Part shown: positions 26,853 to 36,771 of the stretch, piece after piece
How positions within the stretch are numbered: position 1 is the stretch's first letter
Layout: the number at the start of each line of letters is the position of its first letter
From: an uncultured Bacillota bacterium
GTDB lineage: Bacteria; Bacillota_I; Bacilli_A; RF39; UBA660
NCBI GenBank assembly: GCA_947168485.1
Contig: CAMVLZ010000002.1
Span: forward strand, 36,523-100,522
Direction of reading: 5' to 3'
DNA: 64,000 nucleotides
Notes under the pieces: model-generated
Database searches by the model: none
What the model was told of the DNA's origin: nothing
What the model saw: the letters and a program-made list of their open reading frames with translations, nothing else
Program-made: the position numbers and the translations under genes

Positions 26853-27542
26853 TTATTGAATTACTGCTTCTTTACAAGCAACAGTAGTAGTTTCAGTATG
26901 ACCTGGCATCAATTTCTTTTGAATAGAAGGAACAGTAGCAGTATTTTTAGTTATGTAAGCAGTTGTTGGAGCAACACCAGTACTACCACTAAATAACTTA
27001 GCACTAGATGGGAAAACATCAGCTCTAGTTAATTTATCAACAGGTGTTGTACCATTTGAACCACCAAAATTAATACCATGGCCTGCAGCATCAATTAAGT
27101 TAACATACCATTCAACAACTTGTCTATTTTGATTATCAGTTCCTTTACTAACACCAACAGCACCAACTAACCATCCAGAAACATCAGCATTACCCCAAGA
27201 AGAAAGTCCACCTTGGTTAACTAACTCTTGAGCATTACTATAAGCTCTACCTTCTGTAGTAGATGGATCAGTTTGTTTTGTAGTTTGAATTCTGATAGCA
27301 AAACAATTTCCATCTGCTAAAATTGTTGCACTTGACTTATCTGAATTTAATTTAACATTATCAGCAGCATAAGCCTCTTTTCCTGCATTAGTATAAGTTT
27401 TTGCTGTACTTAAGAATGTATTACGACGAGAGTTTTCAATTGTTCTTGAAACTGCTGGAATTGCAACAATCATTAAGATACCTAAAATTGTAATAACAGC
27501 TAAAAGCTCAACTAAAGTAAATCCTTTTCTATTTTTTATCAT
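26853..27542 (-). CDS. type IV prepilin-like protein (candidate major subunit)
   Basis: MIKNRKGFTLVELLAVITILGILMIVAIP is a class III signal with G-1/F+1/E+5. The gene has its own promoter, a ~40-nt leader with AAAGGAGAA, a strong terminator and higher GC than its neighbours. Confidence 0.85.
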   Translation of the reverse strand: MIKNRKGFTLVELLAVITILGILMIVAIPAVSRTIENSRRNTFLSTAKTYTNAGKEAYAADNVKLNSDKSSATILADGNCFAIRIQTTKQTDPSTTEGRAYSNAQELVNQGGLSSWGNADVSGWLVGAVGVSKGTDNQNRQVVEWYVNLIDAAGHGINFGGSNGTTPVDKLTRADVFPSSAKLFSGSTGVAPTTAYITKNTATVPSIQKKLMPGHTETTTVACKEAVIQ

Positions 27543-27640
27543 ATTTTATCTATTCTCCTTTTCTTTATTATCTTAATATAAATTTATCACAAGTATTTTT
27601 TTATAGCAATATACTATCTCAAAGTTTACACATTTTTTAC

Positions 27641-28180
27641 TTAGGAATCAGGATTTTTCAAAATAGTATATCCAGAGCAATCACTATTAATTGCTTTATA
27701 ACCAGATCCTCCTGATATCTCTCTAGTAGGATTACCAGTATTCTTTAATTCATTATACGTTTTTCCATATATTCCTTTTAATGTTTTACCAGTTACATTT
27801 GTAATTTCAGCATCATCTTTTGTACAATTTAAACACTCAATTATAGTAATTGTATAATGATCTTTTCCCATACCATCCTGTTCATATTTTACATAAGAAA
27901 GATTCTTCAAATACACTCCTCCACCAGGAGGTTCATCAAAATCACCATTATCTAAATATTTCATACTAAAACAAGTTTTATCTTTAGTTAAATTAGTATT
28001 ACTAGCAAAAGTGGTTCTTGCTCTAACTACCAATCTTTTAGCATCTTCTATATAAGTATTAGCTTTCTGTCTATTAACAACACCAACAATATTTGGTATC
28101 GCAACACCCATTAGTATTCCTAAAATAACCATCGCAGCTAATAATTCAACTAAAGTAAAACCTGCAACATTTCTTTTCAT
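27641..28180 (-). CDS. type IV prepilin-like protein (179 aa)
   Basis: MKRNVAGFTLVELLAAMVILGIL. It shares the YLDNGDFDE...ECxNC core with the two upstream paralogs. Confidence 0.85.
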   Translation of the reverse strand: MKRNVAGFTLVELLAAMVILGILMGVAIPNIVGVVNRQKANTYIEDAKRLVVRARTTFASNTNLTKDKTCFSMKYLDNGDFDEPPGGGVYLKNLSYVKYEQDGMGKDHYTITIIECLNCTKDDAEITNVTGKTLKGIYGKTYNELKNTGNPTREISGGSGYKAINSDCSGYTILKNPDS

Positions 28181-28221
28181 ATCATCTCTACCTTTCTATA
28201 TAAATTATATCATATTAATAA

Positions 28222-28249
28222 AAAATAAAAAGTTATTTTATAACTTTTT
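28222..28249 (-). terminator. intrinsic terminator (part of the duplicated unit)
   Basis: AAAAGUUAU-AAA-AUAACUUUU. The same stem recurs at 29145-29172. Confidence 0.6.
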
Positions 28250-29105
28250 ATTTAATACAAACATCTTGATAATAATAATGTCCTGAAGCAGTAGAATGTA
28301 TTTTATCACTTAATTTAACTAAACTTGGAGTACAACTGTTATCAGAACAAGGATAATAATATAATTTATATGTAGGATCAACTTCAGCAAAGAAATAATC
28401 TGATACATAAGTTTTTCTAGATTGAGCTAAAGAATAAACATCACTAGATAAATATTGCTTCCAAGTTTGTCCTTCTCTATATTTATAAATATTATCTCCA
28501 TAATTATTAGTACAATTTACATGATCTAATCTATATTCTTTTAAATTAGAAGGTGAACCAGCTATAGGAGCAGTATTTTCATTATCATATCCAGCAGTAC
28601 AACGTAAATCTCCTTTCATACCTTCTCTATTTAAATCATTTCCGCCTTGTACTAAAGAAGTATAATCATCTGTATTAATCAATGTTGAATATTTAACATT
28701 ACTTATACCACGTAAATCTTTATTTTTATAATTAGTATCTCCGTCTTTACAATTAGTACATTCAACTAATGTAACATAATAAATATCATTATTTCTATAA
28801 TCTTTTCCTTCATAATATACATAAGATAATTCTTTTATATACTTACCACCATTAGGTGCTTCATCAAAATCACCATTATCAAGAAAATTAAGATTAAAAC
28901 AAACACCTTTCTTCTTATCAATAGTATTAGTAGTACTAAATTTAGTTTTAGCTAAAGTAGATAATCTTTTAGCATCCTCCACATAAGTTTTAGCTTTCTG
29001 TTTAGTCATAACTCCTAATATATTAGGAATCGCAACCCCTAATAAAATAGCCAAAATAACTACAGAAGCTAATAATTCAACTATAGTAAAACCTTTATTT
29101 TTCAT
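28248..29105 (-). CDS. type IV prepilin-like protein with a Cys-rich C-terminal extension (285 aa)
   Basis: MKNKGFTIVELLASVVILAIL. Tandem paralog of 29172..30020. Confidence 0.85.
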   Translation of the reverse strand: MKNKGFTIVELLASVVILAILLGVAIPNILGVMTKQKAKTYVEDAKRLSTLAKTKFSTTNTIDKKKGVCFNLNFLDNGDFDEAPNGGKYIKELSYVYYEGKDYRNNDIYYVTLVECTNCKDGDTNYKNKDLRGISNVKYSTLINTDDYTSLVQGGNDLNREGMKGDLRCTAGYDNENTAPIAGSPSNLKEYRLDHVNCTNNYGDNIYKYREGQTWKQYLSSDVYSLAQSRKTYVSDYFFAEVDPTYKLYYYPCSDNSCTPSLVKLSDKIHSTASGHYYYQDVCIK

Positions 29106-29144
29106 ATTTTCTCATACTCCTACCTTTCTATATAAATTATATCA

Positions 29145-29172
29145 TAAAAAAAAGTTATAAAAATAACTTTTT
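29145..29172 (-). terminator. intrinsic terminator (part of the duplicated unit)
   Basis: AAAAGUUAU-UUUU-AUAACUUUU. Confidence 0.6.
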
Positions 29173-30020
29173 TAACAAACATAATCTCCATATCTGTAAT
29201 AACCAGAACTTGTTGAATTAATCTTATCATCTAATGAAACATTAATTGTTTCACACGTTCCATCAAGACAAGGATAATAAACCATTCCAAAATTTGCTGA
29301 AAAGAAACCTGATTTTACAAATACTTTTCTCTTAGTAGCTAAAGAATATACATCACTTGATAAATATTGTCTCCAAGTTTGACCTTCTCTAAATTTATAA
29401 ATATTATCTCCTGGATTTTGTAAAAAACAATTAACTCTATCAAATCTATATTCTTTTAAGTCAATAGTAGAAGCATCAATAGGAGAAGAATTCTTACTTT
29501 CATATCCTTCAGTACAACGAACATCTCCTCTCAGTCCTTTAGTATTTAAATTTTTACCACCTTTAACTAGAGAAGAATAATTATCAGTACTAATTAAATC
29601 AGAATATTTTACATTATTAATTCCACGTAAATCTTTATTTTTATAATTAGTATCTCCTTCTTTACAATTAGTACATTCAACTAATGTAACATAATAAATA
29701 TCATTATTATTACCATCTTTACCATCATAATAAACATAAGATAATTCTTTTATATATCTACCACCATTAGGAGATTCTTCAAAATCACCATTGTCTAAAT
29801 AGTCTAAACTAAAACAAACACCTGATTTTTTATCAATAAAATCATTAGTACTAAATTTAGTCTTAGCTAAAACTGATAATCTTTTAGAGTCTTCTACATA
29901 AGTTTTAGCTTTTTGTTTAGTCATAACTCCTAATATATTAGGTATAGCAACTCCTATCAAAATAGCTAAAATAACAACAGAAGCTAATAATTCTACAATA
30001 GTAAATCCTTTATTTTTCAT
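29172..30020 (-). CDS. type IV prepilin-like protein with a Cys-rich C-terminal extension (282 aa)
   Basis: MKNKGFTIVELLASVVILAIL. Its N-terminal ~140 aa are nearly identical to the 285-aa paralog. Confidence 0.85.
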   Translation of the reverse strand: MKNKGFTIVELLASVVILAILIGVAIPNILGVMTKQKAKTYVEDSKRLSVLAKTKFSTNDFIDKKSGVCFSLDYLDNGDFEESPNGGRYIKELSYVYYDGKDGNNNDIYYVTLVECTNCKEGDTNYKNKDLRGINNVKYSDLISTDNYSSLVKGGKNLNTKGLRGDVRCTEGYESKNSSPIDASTIDLKEYRFDRVNCFLQNPGDNIYKFREGQTWRQYLSSDVYSLATKRKVFVKSGFFSANFGMVYYPCLDGTCETINVSLDDKINSTSSGYYRYGDYVC

Positions 30021-30080
30021 TTTATCACCTATTATAATTATACAACGCTATTATAAAAAAAGAAGTATAAATATAGAATT

Positions 30081-30740
30081 TTACACTTCTTTTTTTAATT
30101 CTTTAGACAATTTCTTTATCTTTTTATTTATTAAATATCTTCTAAAATACTGATTCTTAGGTAATAGTTTCTTTATTATTAAAGAACTATCTAATTCTCT
30201 TTGATAATACTCATAAAATAATTTATCTTTATTTTTAAGTAAAATAGGTCCAAAATAATATTCTTTTTTCTTATAATATTTTCTTCCTTTTTTAAATACT
30301 ATTACATTATAAATATATTTATCTTTAACAAGTTTTTCATTATCAATATAATAACCTAATCTAACTAAATATTTTCTAACATACTCTATATAATTATTTG
30401 GACTAAGTATATAAGTATTTACTGATTTAGTTTTACGTATATCTTTTCTTAAAATATTAATTATATTTAATCCACCCATACCAGAGATAATTACAGTATC
30501 TTCATCTTTTAAAGTATCTAGTCCATCTCCTAGTCTTAGTTCTCCTTTAACTTTATTCTTTTTATAATTCTTTCTAGCATTATCAAGTGGACCTTGTTTA
30601 TTATCACTACCTACTATATTTATTTTCTTTTTTAATAAATATATTTCAAGTAGTCCATGATCACATCCTACATCTAAAACAAAAGAGTGACTATCTACCA
30701 AGTCACCAATTGTTTTTAATCTGTTATTAATATTTATCAT
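30081..30740 (-). CDS. trmK: tRNA (adenine22-N1)-methyltransferase
   Basis: [15 protein letters not shown]...SGMGG, in the position after sigA as in Bacillus (yqfN). Confidence 0.8.
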   Translation of the reverse strand: MININNRLKTIGDLVDSHSFVLDVGCDHGLLEIYLLKKKINIVGSDNKQGPLDNARKNYKKNKVKGELRLGDGLDTLKDEDTVIISGMGGLNIINILRKDIRKTKSVNTYILSPNNYIEYVRKYLVRLGYYIDNEKLVKDKYIYNVIVFKKGRKYYKKKEYYFGPILLKNKDKLFYEYYQRELDSSLIIKKLLPKNQYFRRYLINKKIKKLSKELKKEV

Positions 30741-31834
30741 TCAGTTAAGAAATCTTTCAATTTACGACTACGAGATGGATGTTTTAATTTTCTTAAAGCT
30801 TTAGCTTCAATTTGTCTAATTCTTTCACGAGTAACACCAAATATTTGACCTACTTCTTCTAATGTTCTACATTGTCCATCATCTAGTCCAAATCTTAATC
30901 TAAGTACTTTTTCTTCTCTTTCAGTTAAAGTAGATAAAACATTATTTAATTCTTCTTTTAACATTTCAACAGTAGCATATTCTTCAGGACCCATTGTATG
31001 TCCATCTGGAATAAAATCTCCTAAATGTGAATCTTCTTCTTCTCCTATTGGAGTTTCTAAAGATACAGGATCTTGAGATATTTTATATACTTCTCTAACT
31101 TTTTCTATTGAAATATCTAATTTTTCAGCTATTTCTTCATCAGTTGGTTCTCTATTTAATTCTTGTGTTAATTGTCTTTGTACTCTAGCTAATTTATTAA
31201 TAGTTTCAACCATATGAACAGGAACTCTAATAGTTCTAGCTTGATCAGCTATTGCTCTAGTAATAGCTTGTCTTATCCACCAAGTAGCATATGTAGAAAA
31301 CTTATATCCTTTACCTGGATCAAACTTATCTACTGCTTTCATTAATCCAATATTTCCTTCTTGAATTAAATCTAAGAATAACATTCCACGTCCAACATAT
31401 CTTTTAGCAATACTAACAACTAAACGTAAGTTAGATTCAGCAAGTATTCTCTTAGCTTCAGGATCTCCTTCTTCTGCTCTTTTAGCATATTCAAACTCTT
31501 CAGCAGAAGTAAGTAAGTTAATTCTACCAATTTCTTTTAAATACATTCTAACTGGATCATTAATTTTAACATCTTTTGATAAAGTTAAATCTTCAACAAC
31601 AGTATCTTCAGTTATCTCTTCTCCAGTAGCTTCATCCTCTTCTTCTCCTTCTTTAGATACTATATCAATTCCAGCTTCTACTAAAGAATTATATAAGTCA
31701 TCTAAAGTATCAGAGTCCATATCAAGACCTTTTAATTCATCAGCTAATTGTTCATATGTAATATACCCTTGTTTTTGTCCTACTTCAATTAACTTCTCTT
31801 TTCTTTCTTCTATTGTCTTTATTTCACCAACCAT
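30737..31834 (-). CDS. sigA: RNA polymerase sigma factor SigA/RpoD
   Basis: Region 2 ([22 protein letters not shown]) and region 4 ([29 protein letters not shown]). Confidence 0.95.
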   Translation of the reverse strand: MVGEIKTIEERKEKLIEVGQKQGYITYEQLADELKGLDMDSDTLDDLYNSLVEAGIDIVSKEGEEEDEATGEEITEDTVVEDLTLSKDVKINDPVRMYLKEIGRINLLTSAEEFEYAKRAEEGDPEAKRILAESNLRLVVSIAKRYVGRGMLFLDLIQEGNIGLMKAVDKFDPGKGYKFSTYATWWIRQAITRAIADQARTIRVPVHMVETINKLARVQRQLTQELNREPTDEEIAEKLDISIEKVREVYKISQDPVSLETPIGEEEDSHLGDFIPDGHTMGPEEYATVEMLKEELNNVLSTLTEREEKVLRLRFGLDDGQCRTLEEVGQIFGVTRERIRQIEAKALRKLKHPSRSRKLKDFLTE

Positions 31835-33558
31835 TACTGTTCTCCCTTTCTTAACTCCATAATTTTATTTGCTATTTCAGCTTGTTTTAATGGATCATAC
31901 TCATTCTTAATTAAAGTGGTTAATCTTTCTATTTCTTTCTTCTTACTTTGGCTCTTAATAACCTTAAAGTACTCTTCTAACTCATCTTCCTCAACATTCT
32001 CATTATAATCACAAGCTAAAATATCATTTAAAACTTGAATAACTTCATCTCTACCTTGTATATAAGTATAAAAATCAGCAACACTAATTTGACCATAATT
32101 ATTATAATAATAAATTATCTCAGCATTAAGTAATCTATATTTATCATCTAAATAATTAAGATTAGCTCTAATACTCTTATTAATAACCCAATCATTATTT
32201 AACATAAAGTATAATACCTGTTCAACTGCTTTTTGATATTTATCTTTCTTAATAACTTTTCTAGGCTTACTAATTATCTTAGTATTAACAACTTTCTTAT
32301 CTTTATACTCCAACAACTGCTTTTCCAACGTATTATAACTCAAATCATACTCTTTTGCAATATCCTTAAGCATAATTTCTACTCTAACACTATCATCTAA
32401 TTTAGATATCTCTCTCAATACATTATTAATATACTTACTCTTATCTTCAATACTATTAAAATTAACATTCTTTTTCATCATACTTAATTTAAAATCACTA
32501 AAATTAATAGCATTCTCTAATAAGTTAATAAAAGAATCTCTTCCATTATTAATAATATAAGTATCAGGATCATCCTCATGAGGTAACTTTATTATTTTAA
32601 CTTCTACTCCATCCTGTAACAGAAGTTCACCATTTTTTAGCATAGCATTTACCCCAGGATCATCTCCATCTAAACAAAGAACTATATTATTACTAAGTTT
32701 TCTAATAAGCTTTATTTGTTCATGAGTCATCGCTGTACCCATTAAAGCAACTACATTATCTATTCCAATGGAAGAAGCTCTAATAACATCCATAAACCCT
32801 TCCATTACAATTATCTGTTTCTTTTCTCTCGCAACTTCTCTTGCTGATACATAATTATATAACATTTCTCCTTTTATAAATATAGGACTTTCTTTAGTAT
32901 TAATATACTTAGAAGTATCCGCATCATAATAAATTCTTCCACTAAATCCTACATATCTATCATTAATATCTTTCAAAGGAAACATTATTCTATCTACATA
33001 CATATCATGTGTATCATTAGATAAACCTATATCATTTAACATAGAAATATCATATTTCTTATTAGTTAATAACTTAGTTAAATCATCTCTATCTGGTAAT
33101 GATAAACCTATTTCAAATTTCTTAATTAATTTATCATCAATACCACGTTTCTTTAAATATTCACGTGCTTTTCTACCATTAGTAGTAGATAAATTATTTT
33201 GAAAATATTTAACTGCTAAAGAATTAGCTTCATATAATTTATCATATTTAGTAGTTTTCTTACTAACTTTAACATTACCTACTTTAATACCTACTTTATC
33301 TCCTAAATAAGATAATACATCTCTAAACTCTAAATGATCATAATTCATCAAAAAAGTAAATACATTACCTGCTGCTCCACAAGAAAAACATTTATAAATT
33401 TGTTTATCTCTAGATACACTCATACTTGGATTAGTATCATCATGAAAAGGGCATACTCCCCAATAGTTTTTGCCCTTTTTAACTAGAGGTATTCTTTGTC
33501 CAATAACATCAACTATATCAACTTTATTTCTAATCTCATTCGCAACATCATTGTTCAA
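31834..33558 (-). CDS. dnaG: DNA primase
   Basis: Zinc finger [13 protein letters not shown]...CFSCG and a TOPRIM domain (VMEGFMDV). TTG start 6 nt after GGAGG; the stop overlaps the sigA ATG (TAATG). Confidence 0.92.
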   Translation of the reverse strand: MNNDVANEIRNKVDIVDVIGQRIPLVKKGKNYWGVCPFHDDTNPSMSVSRDKQIYKCFSCGAAGNVFTFLMNYDHLEFRDVLSYLGDKVGIKVGNVKVSKKTTKYDKLYEANSLAVKYFQNNLSTTNGRKAREYLKKRGIDDKLIKKFEIGLSLPDRDDLTKLLTNKKYDISMLNDIGLSNDTHDMYVDRIMFPLKDINDRYVGFSGRIYYDADTSKYINTKESPIFIKGEMLYNYVSAREVAREKKQIIVMEGFMDVIRASSIGIDNVVALMGTAMTHEQIKLIRKLSNNIVLCLDGDDPGVNAMLKNGELLLQDGVEVKIIKLPHEDDPDTYIINNGRDSFINLLENAINFSDFKLSMMKKNVNFNSIEDKSKYINNVLREISKLDDSVRVEIMLKDIAKEYDLSYNTLEKQLLEYKDKKVVNTKIISKPRKVIKKDKYQKAVEQVLYFMLNNDWVINKSIRANLNYLDDKYRLLNAEIIYYYNNYGQISVADFYTYIQGRDEVIQVLNDILACDYNENVEEDELEEYFKVIKSQSKKKEIERLTTLIKNEYDPLKQAEIANKIMELRKGEQ

Positions 33559-33582
33559 AGTATCACCTCCTAATTATAATTA

Positions 33583-34587
33583 TTAAATTAAAGATTTTCT
33601 CATATATACTTCAACATCTTTATCTAAATAAATATCTATCTTACCTTTATTCATAATTTTAATAAAACCTAGTCCATTAACAACTAAATCAGTATTATAT
33701 TTAACTTCATAAGTACATTTATTTAACTCTTTTAAATTCTTATTAATATTACTATTAATACGAGAAACTTTTAATTCATTAGAAACAAATACAGTAAAAC
33801 TATTTCTTTCTCCTTCTATATAATCTACTCGTACTAAATCATTTATATTAATACCTTGTCCCACTCTTAATTGGAAAGTTTTAGGTTTAATCTCCTTCTT
33901 AGGAGAAATCTTCTTAACTAAATCAACATCTAACTTATTAATCATAGAACCACTATCTAATAATCCAGGAGTATCTATTAAAGTTAAATGCTCATTTAAC
34001 GCTATAGATACAGTATTCAAAGTAGTAGATGGTAAAGCTGACATAGTTAATTCATCTCCACTTTCAGAATAATTTCTAATTATATTATTAATTAAACTAC
34101 TTTTACCAGCATTAGTTCTACCTACAAAATATACATTCTTAGTAGTTTGAAGCATCTTAATTCTTCTTAATAAATAATCCATATTATAATTATTCTTAGT
34201 ACTAACAGTAATTATCTCATCAAAGAAAATATTATATTCTTTAAAATATTCATATAACTTTTCTTCTTTAACACTTCTAGGTAATACATCTTTCTTATTA
34301 AGTACAAGAATCATTCTATTAGGAATAATATTTCTAATAGTATCAAAATCTTTTTCTAAATTAATTAAATCAGTAACATAAACAACTAAGTCATTAGTCT
34401 TACCTACAGCTTCAAGCACTTTAATATATTCAACATTATTATTAGTAACTAATTGATATTCTCCATAATTTTTAATTCTAAAACATCTTTGACAAATATC
34501 ATTACTTAAATCAGTAGTATAACCAGGTAATAATACATTCTCATCTTGTAGAAGAATTCCACATCCCTTACAATGTCTATCATTCAT
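33583..34587 (-). CDS. yqeH: ribosome biogenesis GTPase YqeH
   Basis: N-terminal CxxC...CxxC and a circularly permuted GTPase (NKKD ... GRTNAGKSS). ATG at 34587 is preceded by GAGGAAG and overlaps the yqeG stop (ATGAATGA). Confidence 0.88.
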   Translation of the reverse strand: MNDRHCKGCGILLQDENVLLPGYTTDLSNDICQRCFRIKNYGEYQLVTNNNVEYIKVLEAVGKTNDLVVYVTDLINLEKDFDTIRNIIPNRMILVLNKKDVLPRSVKEEKLYEYFKEYNIFFDEIITVSTKNNYNMDYLLRRIKMLQTTKNVYFVGRTNAGKSSLINNIIRNYSESGDELTMSALPSTTLNTVSIALNEHLTLIDTPGLLDSGSMINKLDVDLVKKISPKKEIKPKTFQLRVGQGININDLVRVDYIEGERNSFTVFVSNELKVSRINSNINKNLKELNKCTYEVKYNTDLVVNGLGFIKIMNKGKIDIYLDKDVEVYMRKSLI

Positions 34588-35095
34588 AATATCTTCCTCG
34601 CTCAAATATACGTCTCTTAGTATATCTTTTTACTATAAAATTCTCAACTTTCCTATTAAAAAAAGTAATCTTCATATCTTTAATACCAAGAGGATCAACT
34701 AATATAGTTTTAATTCTAAACTTATTACCAGCAAATATATCAGTAACAATCTGATCACCGATAATAACCATTTCTTTTTTCTTTAATTTATATTTTCTTT
34801 TTATTCTAACTAAACCATTAATAAGAGGTTTCATACTCCAAGCAACACCATCTACTCCTAAATCTTCCATATATGGTTTTAATCTAGATTTACTATTATT
34901 AGAACAAATAACTATAAAAAAATCTTTCTTTAATTTATTAATTAACTTCTTAGTCTTAGGAGGACATTCTCCATCACTAATTAAACCAAGAGTATTATCT
35001 AAATCAAAGATTAAGTTCTTAATACCCATTTCTTTTAACTTGTCATAATTAATACTATAAATATTATTATAATACATAGTAGGTTTAAATATCAC
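34580..35095 (-). CDS. yqeG: YqeG-family HAD phosphatase
   Basis: LIFDLDNTL ... GDQIVTDI. The start is uncertain: GTG at 35095 lies 5 nt after GGTGA, and ATG at 35077 has no SD. Confidence 0.8.
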   Translation of the reverse strand: MIFKPTMYYNNIYSINYDKLKEMGIKNLIFDLDNTLGLISDGECPPKTKKLINKLKKDFFIVICSNNSKSRLKPYMEDLGVDGVAWSMKPLINGLVRIKRKYKLKKKEMVIIGDQIVTDIFAGNKFRIKTILVDPLGIKDMKITFFNRKVENFIVKRYTKRRIFERGRYYE

Positions 35096-35161
35096 ACAAA
35101 TCACCAATATAATTATATAATAAATAATAAAATAAGTCTAATCAAAAGAAAAAAGAAACTA

Positions 35162-36670
35162 TTAATTAGTTTCTTTTACTTTATTTTTTTTAATTAAGAT
35201 AACTCCTACAGCAGATACTAATAATAAGAAAGTAATAATTATAGTATTTCTACCAGTCTCTGGATTAGAAAAGAATGCTTTTCTAAATTGAACATCAATA
35301 GTTATATCATCACCTGGCATTATAAAGTTACCATTATTAAGAGTAATTAATCCATTACTATCTTGCTCAATATTTTCTTCATTAAATACAACTTTCTTAC
35401 CACTACTAGTAGTAATAGCAATCTTAGAAACAACATAACCATCCTTAGCCATTACTCTAAAACTAATCTTATCTCCAGCAAAAGCAATACTATCAACATC
35501 TACTTTACCTTGTCCCTTAATATTAGTTTTAATATTAAATTTCTTTCCATACTCAGTAACATATAAAGTTTGAGTATCCAAATCTACCCATTTAACTACA
35601 AAGCCATAATTACTAGGAGATATATTTAATATATAAGTTTCATGATTAGTAGAACCTAAATTAATACTTTGAGCTATATTAATATTAGAATCATAAATCT
35701 CTACTTTACTTAAGTTAGAAACTTTAGTAAAAGGATTGTTACCCACAACAAAGTATTTATCTACTCTAATACCAGAAACAAACATTGATGAATTAGAAGA
35801 ATATCTATATGGTAATAACGGCTCTACTCTACCACTAACATCACTTCTCATAACAGATCCATTAGTATAGAAAAACTTACTTCCGTCATAGATAAATCCT
35901 CTAACAAAACCTTTTAACATAGGTCCATCAATAAGTTCACTGGGACCATATGAGTCATCCACTGGAAACGCTAAACTGATTTTTCTCATAAGGTTTAAAT
36001 CAGAATCATATACTATAATATCCTTTTCAGTTAATACATATAAATTATCACCATAAGTAGTAATATCAACAATATAATTATCCTCTTCACTACTAATAAC
36101 ATTAACACTTTTACTAATTTGTAAACTACTATTTAATTTAAGTAAATTATAATCATAAAAAATATAATAATTATCTCCAATAGTCTCTATTCCATATCCA
36201 CCAGTATTACTAAAAGCACTGTCAAAAGATCCATTAGATAATTTTAATTTTTGAGTAATACAGCCATTTGATAATTTACCACCTGATTGTTTAACATATC
36301 CAACACTATTAGCATTTAATGTTCCAGGAATACCATCATCTAAATTAATACTAGGTGAACAAGTAGTATAAACAACTGAATCTTTATTAACTACCATATC
36401 AAAAAAAGATATTGATCTTTCAGAAGATATAGGAAGTTTTTGTCTCCATACCTCTTTTCCATTCTTATCGATATAAACTATTTCATTTTTAGTTCCAACT
36501 ACATAACCATCATCATTAGTTTTAAATGTTCTAGTATAAAAAGGATTACTCACATCAGTTCTTACAGAATACTCTCTAATCTTACTGTAGATAGTATCTG
36601 CTTTAACAGCATTTCCTATACTAAATATTGATATTGTTAATAACATAATTAATAATATTTTTTTATTCAT
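35162..36670 (-). CDS. secreted repeat protein with a C-terminal NPETG sorting-signal-like anchor
   Basis: Signal peptide (…GNAVKA/DT), a long beta-rich region and an Ig-like module (GQGKVDVDSIAFAGDKISFRVMAKDGYVV). This is followed by NPETG, a hydrophobic helix and KKNKVKETN. Confidence 0.7.
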   Translation of the reverse strand: MNKKILLIMLLTISIFSIGNAVKADTIYSKIREYSVRTDVSNPFYTRTFKTNDDGYVVGTKNEIVYIDKNGKEVWRQKLPISSERSISFFDMVVNKDSVVYTTCSPSINLDDGIPGTLNANSVGYVKQSGGKLSNGCITQKLKLSNGSFDSAFSNTGGYGIETIGDNYYIFYDYNLLKLNSSLQISKSVNVISSEEDNYIVDITTYGDNLYVLTEKDIIVYDSDLNLMRKISLAFPVDDSYGPSELIDGPMLKGFVRGFIYDGSKFFYTNGSVMRSDVSGRVEPLLPYRYSSNSSMFVSGIRVDKYFVVGNNPFTKVSNLSKVEIYDSNINIAQSINLGSTNHETYILNISPSNYGFVVKWVDLDTQTLYVTEYGKKFNIKTNIKGQGKVDVDSIAFAGDKISFRVMAKDGYVVSKIAITTSSGKKVVFNEENIEQDSNGLITLNNGNFIMPGDDITIDVQFRKAFFSNPETGRNTIIITFLLLVSAVGVILIKKNKVKETN

Positions 36671-36740
36671 ATTTCTCACCTATTATAATTATAGCAAATT
36701 AAAATTATTATTAAATATCTAATTAAAACACTTGACATAA

Positions 36741-36771
36741 TAAAAACAACTTATTTTTTAATAAGTTGTTT
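36741..36771 (-). terminator. intrinsic terminator after the flippase gene
   Basis: AAACAACUUAUU-AAAA-AAUAAGUUGUUU followed by a U-run. Confidence 0.7.

Larger units (their letters stand above)
28181..30020 (-). repeat. tandem duplication unit (promoter + pilin gene + terminator) x2
   Basis: The upstream sequence CTACCTTTCTATATAAATTATATCATA and the terminator stem AAAAGTTAT/ATAACTTTT both recur. The encoded proteins align over their full length. Confidence 0.8.

Noticed and set aside
26853-27542. The 229-aa pilin gene has elevated GC (about 37% in a spot count), which might indicate horizontal transfer.
   Set aside because: The protein is Gly/Ala/Thr/Val-rich and shows the signals of a highly expressed gene (strong SD, strong terminator). 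Amino-acid composition and codon selection therefore explain the shift better than foreign origin. This differs from 51601-52863, where the excess is larger and uneven.
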